This document shows, piece by piece, positions 1 through 11,400 of a DNA stretch of 64,000 nucleotides. Source of the DNA: Schmidtea polychroa (lineage: Eukaryota). The number at the start of each line of letters is the position of its first letter. Position 1 is the stretch's first letter. Location: NCBI GenBank assembly GCA_044892525.1, contig CM097887.1:39246001-39310000 (forward strand). Direction: 5' to 3'. The translations under genes and the position numbers were made by a program. The notes under the pieces were generated by a model, which was given only the letters and a program-made list of their open reading frames with translations, was not told the DNA's origin and made no database searches.

Positions 1-900
1 TATGGTCAGAAATTAATAAAGCGTATATACTTACTAGAATTAAAAAAGATGGATCAAAGTTCCTGCAGAAATGGCATTTTTAGCATTGTCAGTAAATGAA
101 ATCCATAAGAGATTTGAACAGCATCATTTTCGTAAAGATACATCGGTTTACTTTATACAGAGAAAATCCGGAACACCAAATAATGCTTACAACGTAGAGA
201 AATTGACCCTATACTGGTAGTGTGGGTAACGGGTTCATTGAAAGTTCATGATAATTGGAAGAGAATCGCAATAGACACAGCGTATTATAAGAATAGGATA
301 TACCTCAGTATCGTTGATTGTGGATCCAGTCAGTTTGGTATTTGGAAAGGCTTTGACCGATAGTCTACAGAGTGTGTTGTCTCAAATATAGAACAGTTAA
401 TACTGTAAAAGAAGCCTTGTTGGTGAAATTTAATGTGATAACAGTAAAGTGTTTCGATATGCAGAATTAAAAACGATTTTTGATAAATTTGGAATAAAGC
501 GAATTTTTAGATGTGTTAATCAATCTTCAAGTATCGGAATGGTCGGACGTAACCACCGAACTATCAAAAGAATGGGGGTATGATGCAATTAAAGTCCACC
601 AGAAATGGTGTTTTGGTATAATGTTGCGCCACTCAGGAATGGTGAGCCTTCGTCAACACACTGACAGAAGTACATTCATATTCTTGGCGTTTCTTAAACC
701 ATCATGCTGAAGAAACACAGATGAATTGTCGGTTTACACTCGGAATCCACGAATTTGTCAGACTGAATGTACGTCTAAATATGGGAGTGGTCACAAACGT
801 CTTCTCCTTCACAAAGGTGTTCCAAGAAACATTGCGGATCTAATTGTCAGATAAAAAGATCGATGCGAAACAAAAGTTGAGCAAGAAAGAAAATAAGAAG
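1..900 (-). pseudogene. Highly degraded Ty3/Gypsy pol (RT/connection) remnant
   Basis: Broken minus-strand translations such as LTKAHH...IPK..TPF/GGL and ALFGVPDF...FTDNAKNAISAGTLIHLF loosely follow the order DLxKAYHQ/KTAxxTPFG ... FLGMVNF...AFxxAKxAL. Many stops and frameshifts; by eye only. Confidence 0.3.
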
Positions 901-1605
901 GAATCAACCAAATGATTTATGTCATAATCAGAAGTAGAAGAAGATAAAAGCAATAAGTTGTCATGTAATTTTAACACAACAGTTGATGATACTGTGTCTA
1001 GAGGTCAATGAAGTAAATTCGAGATCCATCAGGGTGCGTCGACTAATGGACAATTTACAAGATTTATTGTTGATTGTGACGATTTAGGTTGTTGTGATAA
1101 ATTAAGTTAAATGAAAATTTGTTTTAATAATCAAATTTATCAGTGGAATAGATTTGTAAATTATATGTCTCTCTTTTTCGATATTTGGGTGAAATTTAAA
1201 CTTAACACAATATTGATTAGAGTTTGTGCATCTAGTGTTCCTACCATATTTAGATCTAGGGTCTATTAAAGCGAGTTCCGCGAAGACAATCCATCAAAAT
1301 AGTCGTCATTAATCTAGCGCATTATTCTAAATGTAAGCTGGCGGGTTTAATAACTGTTGACATTCAAATAGAAAGGATAAAATAAATCCAAGTAAAATAA
1401 CCAAAATATTTGTTAAACTCATTCACCAAAAAGAACAAACGTTGAGATGAGAAGAGTTTCCATTTATAAAGTGAAACCTATTCTAAATACATTTTTTGGT
1501 GAGTTTAAAAATAAGTTTCAATTTATGAGTCTTATTATTCAACTACTTACAAGAGGATTCAGATTCCTGAGTTTTTTATTGAAACGTTAATTAACTGCAC
1601 ATAAT

Positions 1606-1838
1606 TATGAGGAAGTTTTATGATGAAGAAATTTTTAAATTGAAAATTTTAAAAATTAAATTTTAGATTAATTTTTAAAAAAAATATAAGAAGATATTTT
1701 AATTAAAAATATCTTTGTAGAAAATTTGTTTAAATAAGAAAGTTTAAAGAAGATATAATTTGATATTGATATTTACTGAAATAAAATTTATGGAAACAAA
1801 ATCTGATTTTAATGTTTTACAGGATGAACCTCCTAATA
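1606..1838 (+). repeat. 5' LTR (233 bp)
   Basis: Starts TATGAGGAAG, ends CCTCCTAATA; identical to 5707-5939 except G1628 vs T5729. Confidence 0.95.
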
Positions 1839-2883
1839 TGGTGGAAGCGGTAAACACTGACGCAATCACCGAAAGATTGCTACCAAAGGTATTCTGCCAA
1901 GGTGACGACTTGGAAAAGTTCATTAAAAGATGCGAAATTTATTTCGACGCCAAGGGAATCACGCAGAAGAAAGATCAGGAAAGATTAACATCTTGCATGA
2001 TTGATGAGGATCTCCTGGAAGTGTATGCAAAAACACTGAAAAAGCCGAAGGATTCCAGGCTAGGTTGCGATTGGCATTCGATCACGAAAGAGATGTTTTA
2101 AAGGATCTACAAAACTTGTTGAATTATAAGCGGAAGGGTGAAGAAATAGAAACGTATTTTAAAAAGGTGGAGGACCTTGTTGATAGGTTGTTTGAAAATA
2201 AAGAATTTACCAAAGAGAAATTAACAGCAAGGATGTTAATAGTATGTGCGGAGAATAAAGAAGTTGAGAAAGAAGTGATACTACGGAAGATAAAAAGCAC
2301 AGAAGAAATAAAGGAAACACTAACTTTGATGGACAAAGTAGACAAGCAAAGAGATCAGATAAACAGTATGAAAAGTTACGCCAGAGTGGTCTATCAGGAA
2401 CCACAGAGAAGAGTACAATACAAGAAGAAAGAACAGAGAGAAGAAAGTATCCGAAGAGAAATGCCAGAATGCTGGTTATGCCACAAAATAGGACACACGA
2501 AAATTGATTGTCCAAGAAAAGGTAAAATAGAATGCTGGACATGTCATAGAAGCGGGCATATAAGTAGAAACTGTCCAGATAAAAAAGCTCCAAGATGTTT
2601 TGGGTGTGGGAAAGAAGGTCATATAAGAAGATTGTGTCAGGAAATACGTTGTGAAAGATGTAGCAGAAATGCTCATAGATCCAAGGAGTGTTATACAAAG
2701 ATGAGGTACGGGAGAGCGACGGAGAGACAAAGATTCACGGAAAACAGATACAGTCGGATAAATGGTATCGAGGAAGAAGAAGAAAGAGAATCGTGTGTAG
2801 AGACAAATGAAGATAATTTTAGGAAGACGTACCCAAATAACAGGGCTCCACCAGTAGAGGAGTTGGTTAGAGCCATATTCTAA
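1838..2883 (+). pseudogene. gag with four CCHC zinc knuckles, frameshifted near 2040-2065
   Basis: ORFs 1760-2101 and 2065-2883. Knuckles CWLCHKIGHTKIDC, CWTCHRSGHISRNC, CFGCGKEGHIRRLC, CERCSRNAHRSKEC. Confidence 0.9.
1839..1850 (+). promoter_or_regulatory. Primer-binding site (TGGTGGAAGCGG)
   Basis: TGG start directly after the 5' LTR. The complement ...UUCCACCA fits a tRNA 3' end; U70-C71-C72-A73 resembles tRNA-Ala (inference). Confidence 0.8.
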
Positions 2884-5724
2884 CAGAAAATTTGATGGGA
2901 TATCCTCAAGGGGCAGAAAAGTGGGAGAATGTTGGAAGGGTAAGCAAGAAAGTATACAGGTTCCTAAAGAGAGAAATGTTTGAAGAGGGAGTGGAAAGAA
3001 TTGGAACCATTGAAACGGAGCAGGTTGTTGAAATTTTGTATAACAAAATGCAATGAAGGCCTAGTATAACAGTAAGGATGAATGGGGAAAATTTCGAATG
3101 TTTATTAGACACTGGTGCAAGAATCAATGTAATGAGTGTGAACTGTTTTAACAAGTTACGAGGACAACAATTGACGAAAAGTGACGATAAGTTACGATGC
3201 GCAAACGAGAGTACGATCGAAACAATAGGAAAAACGAAGGTGCAAGTAACCATTGGAAATGTTTCGAAGGAAGTTATATTCATTGTGGCGGAGAAAGTGA
3301 CACCAGATGTGATTGGAGGAATCGAATTACAAGAAACATTTGGATTTAGACTGTTAACAATTAAAGATATCGAGGCTAGTGAAAAAGACAAGAACTATAT
3401 TTGTAACATTGAAGCAAAATTTGGCAGAAAAATAAAGGATGAAGAACGATTGATACGAGCGTTTGAACAGTTAAAGATCAATGAAGATAGCAAATTAAAG
3501 TAAATTATAACAAACAGTGGAAACGTGTTTATGGCAGATAAATGGGATGTGGGTCGCACACATTTGGTAAAACACAAGATAGTTACAAGAGGTGAGCCGA
3601 TAAACATAAAACCATATCGCCAACCACTAAATTTGGAATCAAAGATTGAAGAAGCAATACAAAATTTGTACGAAAATGGAATTATACGGAAATGTAACTC
3701 TCCATGAAATATACCGCTAATATGTGTATGGAAAATAGAGAAAAAGGATATTAGACTATACTTGGACTTTAGACAGCTGAACGTGGTAACAGAGAGGCAG
3801 GCATTTCCAATGCCAAACATAGACGAGATGTTGGATTTGTTAGGAGGATCCGTCTTTTTCAGCTCAATCGATCTAGGTAATGCATATTACCAAGTGGAAC
3901 TAGAAGAAGGATCACAGGAAAAAACAGCTTTCTCAACAAAGAACGGACAATATTGTTTCAACAGAATGCCGTTTGGAATTGCAGCAGCACCAGGTACGTT
4001 CCAAGAAATGATGACAAAAGTATTAGGCAAAATAAAGGGAGCAATGGTGTATTTGGACGACATCTTGATTTATTCAAGCAGTAAAGAGAAACACTATACA
4101 ATACTCGGAGAAGTGTTAAAGGCGATTGAGGAAGCAGGCCTAAGGATTAATCCTGAAAAATGCCAAATAATAAAGGAAGAAATCAGATTCTTAGGACACA
4201 TAATCAGCAAGGAAGGAGTACAGACAGATCCATCTAAAATTCAGGCCATACAGAACTTTGGGAAGCCTAATTGCGTAAAGAAATTCCGAAGCTTTTTAGG
4301 TATTTGCAATTATTATAGAAGATTCATCAGTGATTATGCAAAGAAGGCAAGGATGTTAGAACAATTATGTAGCGGACCAAGTAACAAAAAATTAGAATGG
4401 AGTGAAGGAACGAATAGCGTGTTTGAGGGATTGAAATTAGCACTCACGACGGCGCCAATCTTATGTTTTCCGGGTCTGAAAAAGGAGTTCATTTTAGATA
4501 CCGACTTGATACCATTGGAGCAGTACTTTCACAAAGAGATAAAGATGGAAAGGAAAGACTAATTGCGTATGGATCACACTCGATGACGAGCCACGAGAAA
4601 GGATATTGTATTACAAGAAAGGAACTATTGGCGGTATATTATTTTTGCATTCATTTTAAGCACTATCTCTACGGAAGAAGATTCACGCTCAGGACAGACT
4701 ACAAGGCAATCACGTTTATGATGACAACCAAGAAGCCGATTACTTCACAATTCCAAACATGGATCAATTATTTGAGCAGTTTAGATATAAAAGTAGAATA
4801 CAGAAAGGGTATTAATCACCAAAATGCAGACATGGTGTCGAGAACTAAATGTGACACGTGTGTTCAATGTCAAATGGCCCACGAAGAAGCTAAGAAAGGA
4901 AAGATAAAAACCAGATTACTAGACTCGATCAGAGAAGAAGGAAGAAGCAACATCCAACATGGAATGGTAGAAGAAGTACGAAAGAAAACGATGATACCTG
5001 AAAATGAGTTACAAGAAACAATAAAGGAAATACATAGACTATTGTGTCATGCTGGAGTCGAGAAGATAGCCGATTATATGAAAGATAGATATGTTGGAAA
5101 ACACCTGTGGAGTAAGATTCAGGAGATTGTTCGAAGTTGTGAGATTTGTCAAAAAACCAAGGCTTTAACAATAACAACGAAAGAACCAGTAAAAAGACAA
5201 GATTCGAAGGAAATGTTCGAAATTATATTTGTGGATATATGTGGACCGTTGACAGAAACAAAAGGACGTAAGAAGTATATATTGGGCAGATACAAAGACA
5301 ATTCAGGACAATACGGGATTTGATAAATGCAACTTTACAGGATAGAAAGAAGACGGATTGGGCAGAGATATTACCAGAAGTCGAATTCACTTTAAATGCA
5401 ACCAAACAAAAAACAACAGGGAAAAGCCCGACAGAGATAGTTTTTAGAAAAAAGATTAGCAGGGGAAAATGGTACGGGTCCAAAGAAATACCGATAAAGG
5501 AAGAACTAGAAGAACAAACAAGGAGAAAATTCAATGTAGGAGAAGTATTAGTAAAAGTAGAAACACGCCACAAAGGCCAGGACATGTATGAAGGTCCTTG
5601 CAAAGTGATAGAGAAAGTGCATGACAGACGATACATATTAAGAAATGAAGATGGAAAAAGGATCGAGAGAAATGTGGAAAAACTTAAAAATTTCTTAAGA
5701 GGGGGATATGAGGAAGTTTTATGA
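2880..5724 (+). pseudogene. pol (protease-RT-RNase H-integrase), inactivated
   Basis: LLDTGA, DFRQLN, MPFG, YLDD, FLG..NYYRRFI, TRKELLA, HHCC (HRLLCH...CEIC). In-frame stops at 3054, 3501 and 3705; frameshift near 4505; integrase-core deletion near 5285. Confidence 0.93.
5697..5706 (+). promoter_or_regulatory. Polypurine tract AAGAGGGGGA
   Basis: Purine run directly 5' of the 3' LTR. Confidence 0.85.
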
Positions 5725-5939
5725 TGAATAAATTTTTAAATTGAAAATTTTAAAAATTAAATTTTAGATTAATTTTTAAAAAAAATATAAGAAGATATTT
5801 TAATTAAAAATATCTTTGTAGAAAATTTGTTTAAATAAGAAAGTTTAAAGAAGATATAATTTGATATTGATATTTACTGAAATAAAATTTATGGAAACAA
5901 AATCTGATTTTAATGTTTTACAGGATGAACCTCCTAATA
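5707..5939 (+). repeat. 3' LTR (233 bp)
   Basis: Direct repeat of 1606-1838, followed by TSD ATAAT. Confidence 0.95.
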
Positions 5940-5993
5940 ATAATAATTTAGTAGGACTGGTCAATATTATATCTTAATTGTAGGATTCATAGC

Positions 5994-6239
5994 TAAGATG
6001 ACCAGATTTATAGATGGGCAAAGCGGGAGAACTTTGAAGGAGGGGGTATCAACAAAAATTTTCATTTAGAATAAAAATAATATCGTAATATATTTTAATT
6101 TTTAACATAAGTACAATTTATAAATATAAAAAATTGTATAATATTTTAATCCTTGACATATTTTTTATTCATTTTGACCCGGGATATATCGTGAAAAATC
6201 GGGATTGTCCCACTAGAAGCGGGACGTCTGGTCATTTTA
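5994..6239. mobile_element. hAT-type MITE (short form), TIR TAAG(A/G)TGACCAGA
   Basis: Imperfect 13-bp TIRs; perfect 8-bp TSD TTCATAGC (5986-5993, 6240-6247); homologous to 35828-36450. Confidence 0.9.
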
Positions 6240-7374
6240 TTCATAGCGGTATTGACATTTCTGAAGAACCTCTGAGCTCAAATTACTAACTAATCCAGCA
6301 ATAAATCAAAGGACAGGTTTTCATTGTAAGTCCGAGAAAACGCGGAATTTCACATTTTTAAGTAAATAACTGAAGTTTCATGATATTAGAGAAATACAGA
6401 ATATGCTGTTAATAAGAGGAAATTACACGAATGATGTTTTTGCAAATGAAATACTTGCATTTATCTGAATAAAATAGATAATGGCTAAAGAAAACACTAA
6501 AAACAGATAAATGAAGACTCTATTTACAAATTAATATTCAGAGATAATTCAACAACTTGTTAATTTCAATTGAACGTGGAAATATCTAATATTAGAGGTT
6601 GCAGGATTTTCTAAATGTTGAGTTAGTACCTTCTACTATTCTGGTATTCGCTGGTATTCTACAACACTTTTTACACATGGAAATAAATGTTCATATTAAA
6701 AAAAACAATTTGAAGCCCTATACAAGATAATTCTTAGGAACTAACACGACCAAGAATTAGAAAAATTAAATTTTATAAAATCAACATTGACTAATACTTT
6801 TCGGAATTACAAATACATTTTTAATAATCGAATTGGTGATTTTAATGAAATTGAAGATTTCACATTTAACTAGAGAACTGATTGTCATTCAACTGGAATC
6901 GTACAATAGGTTCATAGTTTTAGATTTTTAAATAAAATTCGAAAGTGATTAATATCCACAATAGACTCACCATGATTGCGATTGATTAGCATTGCTATAT
7001 CATAAGAATGATTGAACAAGATGGCCAAAATATATAATTAAATAAAATTCTAAAGAAATAATTTATTTAATGATTTTATTCATTCATTAAAAAATCCATT
7101 TAATCAAACAATTGATATCTAGAGACCATAGAAAAATATATTTTACATTAATAATCTAAGTTAAAAATTTACAAAAACATATTGTGATAATAATGAATAT
7201 AATTACAAGGTCTAATTACATAACATGTTATGTAACACACGGCTGAAATGAATTGAAAATTTCAATCACAAAATTAATAAAACTAATTCATATCAAAACT
7301 TGATAAAAAGAACAACTGATATTGTCAATCATTATTAAGAATAACACAATTTTTTTTTCAAAGAAATTATATAG

Positions 7375-8408
7375 TTACAGATCTGAGAAATCATAACTTG
7401 AATATATCGGATTGTTATTGTTACTTTTTGATATTTGATCAGCAGATAATGATGAGCTTCCGTGATCCAAATATTCCATTGGGAACCGATCATTGGTGAT
7501 TGGCCAATTATGTTCCGGGTGGTTTTGATTGGTCATTGTCATCATATTGAAACTGCGATCATCGTAAAATTGCGGAGTTGAATACACACTCGAAAGATCA
7601 CTGTTCATAACGTACTGCTGGGGTAAAATCGATGAGGGACTGTAGAAGATTTGCGAATTAGGCGGTGGCGGCTGAGGAAATTGAGACACATAAACCGGCT
7701 GCTGAGGATTCAAGACATTGTACATCATTCCCTGTTGGTGATTTGAAACGTGGCAACCACAAATGCAACCCCGGATGTAATTGTTGGGGTTCTCACTTAG
7801 TTTGCAGCTGCAACAGATTTTCAGTTGAAAATCCTGAGGTTTAGCAGGATTTGAAAACAATCCCGTCATCATAGGAGAACTTGATGGCGGCTCTTCGTAT
7901 GCAACCGAATAATTGACATTGGATGTTGAGCAGTTGTTTGCGATACTTATTATCGTTTCTTCCGGTTGGCTTTTTGCTGGCAAATATTGCGGGGTGTAAA
8001 ATGCTGGATCAATATTCACTGATTCTGACGGTTTGTTTTCTGGTTCTTTGATGTCGAACAGGTTCATTAAGGAGCTATTATTAGTGCTATTGTTGGTGTT
8101 TTGTACTAGATCGATTACGTCATCGGTGTTTTGTGGGATAATATTTGGGATTTGAGGTTCCGTCCTAGATTCCGGTCTAGTTTCTTTGGAACTGGTATTA
8201 TTACTATCGGATTTACCAACCTTTTCTTTGTTACTATCTTTTATGGCAAATAAATCCCCGGTTCGGGTAACGCGAAGGAATTTCCCTTTAGATGTGCAAA
8301 TTATCTCTAACGGTTCACCAGCGGAGATTTTCGTGCAACTCGATTCTCCTGCCTGACTGTTGACAACACTCGGAGTAGCGGGAAATGTGAGCTCTAACAA
8401 ATTTTTTA
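7375..8408 (-). CDS. RAD54L2: RAD54L2 terminal exon (alternative in-frame acceptor possible ~90 nt upstream)
   Basis: Long [34 protein letters not shown] resembles the ARIP4 C-terminal motif (recalled as RINAGESIHIIRGTKGTYIRTSDGRIFAVR). Phase-1 acceptor matches exon 14. Confidence 0.75.
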
Positions 8409-11400
8409 CTTGTAAGATTATAAAAATTTTAAAAAAGTCATCAAAGAATTGTTCTCGGTTCACTGCTGCCTTTTTAAATATATTTTCAACATTATTCCCT
8501 TTAGGAAAATTAAATTAGCTTTGTAAAATATGCATTATTAGCAATTATTATTAATTTATTATATGAAATTAATTTCTCGATGAAATGTATTTATTAATCG
8601 ATTTCAAAATTGATAATTGATAAATTAAATTTATAATAATTATTAGAAACATATCTCGTTTACATATATGTTTCGACAGTTTCTTCAAATAGCATAGAAA
8701 AGAACTAGATATTTTAAATTTATTAAACAAGTTTCAAAATTAATTTTTTTATAAAACAAATTTTGATTTAATTTAATCGATCTTTTTTTAAATTAGACAA
8801 TATTTAAATATTTTTTAAATGTATAGTGATGATTTCTTGGTAGCAGGATTTATTATTTAAAACAATAAAGTGATAATTTAAGCCTTTTGCTCCGAAAAAT
8901 GTATTTAATGAAATGTATTTATTTATGAGATTTTTCATAATAATCATTTTTTAAATTAGACAATATTTAAAAATTTTAAAATAATATTTAATTTACACAA
9001 AATAATTGTAATCAACATTTCAACTTCCATTTCGAATCCTTAAATTTTCAAGGTAAAATATTCACAATTAGTACATTGTTTTAGTCAATAAACCTTTGAC
9101 TGTATTTAAAGACTCTCGTAAGTCAAAAGTGCGATCAAATACATGCGTGCTTAAATCCACTTTCTTGTCTCTAATACCGATCAGTTGTAATTTACATTTT
9201 TAAACGTAATATTCTCTATAATATATTAAATATAACATATGCATAACACGAGCCTTAAACGAACACCTACGAACGGTTAATATTTATAATTATTGAGTTG
9301 ATGCGTTGTATCTAGAGTATCTAGGAAGTCAAATGGATAAGTTTTTGTTTTAAAAATATTTATGCCACCAAATATTTAAAAACCTAAGTACAAAGAAAAG
9401 TCAAACAAATAATTGCAATTCAAAAAGACATTCATTCATTAAATAATTACTTATTTTTTATTTAAAATTTATTTTCTAACAAATTCAAATTATATTAATT
9501 CGTATGACAGCAATTCTATAAATTACCACTATTTCAAGGTATTTACAATTAATTTTTAATATCACATAAATCAATAATTTTATTTTTAATTGAGAATTAT
9601 TGATTTACAATACGCAATGAGAAAACATAATAAAATCAGTCAATTCAATTCTTTCTCAATCAATAACTTCGCGAATCAATAGTTATTTGAAAGATATTTC
9701 AATTGATGTAAATGATTATAAAAATAATTTTTATTTATTGCTAATTTAATTAGCATTTTAAATCAATTGTGAAAAGATTTTGATATTATCGAAATTATTA
9801 TGAAGTGTATATAGAATTAATGAATCATAAAATTTGGCATTTATTTCATTGCTATTTCATAAATAAAATAATTTAATTTCAATACTGGTTAATTCTGACT
9901 GGTTACTGACAAGTTTTTATACGACTGTTTTAGGAATTATTAACAGTAGTTATTAACTGTTTTAGAGTTATTATCGCCGATTGATTTAAATTGAATTAAA
10001 AAGAACTTGATCAAATAATATTGTTTTGAAGTCGATTGGATGATTTATCCGAACTTAATCACATATCAGCGGTATACAGTATTGTGTGTTGTTGACATAT
10101 GACTAATGTTTGTATTGAATGGGTTGAGTGTTTGAGTGTTTCTATTCGATTGGCTTTATATTGTATCTTTATATTTCTACGATGAAGAATCTCGTTGATG
10201 GAAGGAATCGATTGAGATTTGATGAGATTTTTCATAATAAATATTCATCAGAAATTAGAAATTTTATCAATGTTAAAGGCGGTATTTAGTGAATTCATTT
10301 AGTGAAATGCAAGACGCATTTATACATAATCCAACTTCCTCTTTGACTTATGTTCATAAAAATGTTCAAGACTTACGAGAGACGGCTTCCAGAAGATTCG
10401 AAATATCTTAACGTTTCGTTCTAATTATTTTATTTAACGACAAAGATACAACTTGCATGCCTATTTGTGAAGTATCTATTTAACTTAAATAATATGACGG
10501 GATTGAAAATTAGTTTACGCATTCAACAGTATGGGATTAAATTAAAGTAAAGTTTAGAGTAAGAGGAGAAATGTTTGATTAATAAGTAGTTTTTTTCGAG
10601 AAAAACCTCTATGAGCAGTTATGCCCCGAAAAAAAGCAAAAGTTTAAAGAATTTATAAAATAACTGTTCCCGATACGTACGAGTTAGCTAAAGTCGTAAT
10701 TCCAATGACATTTTTACCCGCGGAGTCATCCGAACTGCATGTGGAGAATATTTCGTTTATGTATAACTTTTTAGATTATTGAATAAAAATTATTGATATG
10801 TAAATTTAAATTATGAAAGAGTTTGAAGGCTATAAATCAGTAATATCAATGTTTGTTTAAGTGAGTTTTCAAGTAAAAAAAGGCAGTGCAAAAAATTCGT
10901 GAGTATTAACAAACATCGATATATTACTGATTTATAGTCTTCAAGCTCTCTTTTTAATAAATTTAATAGAAAAAATAATCAGTGCTGAAATTGGAAGAAA
11001 AAAAGTTCTTATAATATAAATTATTGATTAGAAAATATACATTATTGACTAGTGCAGTGGTGGCCATCCCAAATCAATCAAAGGGCCATATTTTCGGAAA
11101 AATACTATCAATAAATTCACAATAAATTCATTTAAATAAATATAACTCGTTTTTACGATTCAAGTAAACTTAGAATCAATTTTTAAAATTAAAAACATGC
11201 TTAATTCGAATATGAATTCTAAAAAAGACAATTATTGATTTGATGTTTAAAATTGTGTCCGGGCCACATCAAAACGCTTTCCGGGTCACCGGTTGGCCAT
11301 GGCTGGACTAGTGAATATAAATAATTGGATCGTAAATATATATTATTGATTATTGAATAAAAATTATTGATTATTGAATATAAGTTATTAATTAGTGAAT

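Larger units (their letters stand above)
1606..5939 (+). mobile_element. Ty3/Gypsy LTR retrotransposon, both LTRs present, coding region disabled
   Basis: 233-bp direct repeats at 1606-1838 and 5707-5939 with 1 mismatch. TSD ATAAT at 1601-1605 and 5940-5944. PBS and PPT present. Order gag(CCHC)-PR(DTGA)-RT(YLDD)-RNaseH-IN is the Gypsy order. Confidence 0.97.

Noticed and set aside
2124-5636. Minus-strand ORFs over gag/pol (2124-2345, 2207-2698, 2476-2730, 2906-3391, 3395-3820, 4929-5177, 5223-5636)
   Set aside because: Antisense shadows of a purine-rich coding strand; F/L/S-rich with no domain.
7375-8463. 362-aa ORF as a stand-alone novel gene
   Set aside because: It begins at GTG, has in-phase splice acceptors and carries an ARIP4-like motif; better explained as the RAD54L2 terminal exon.
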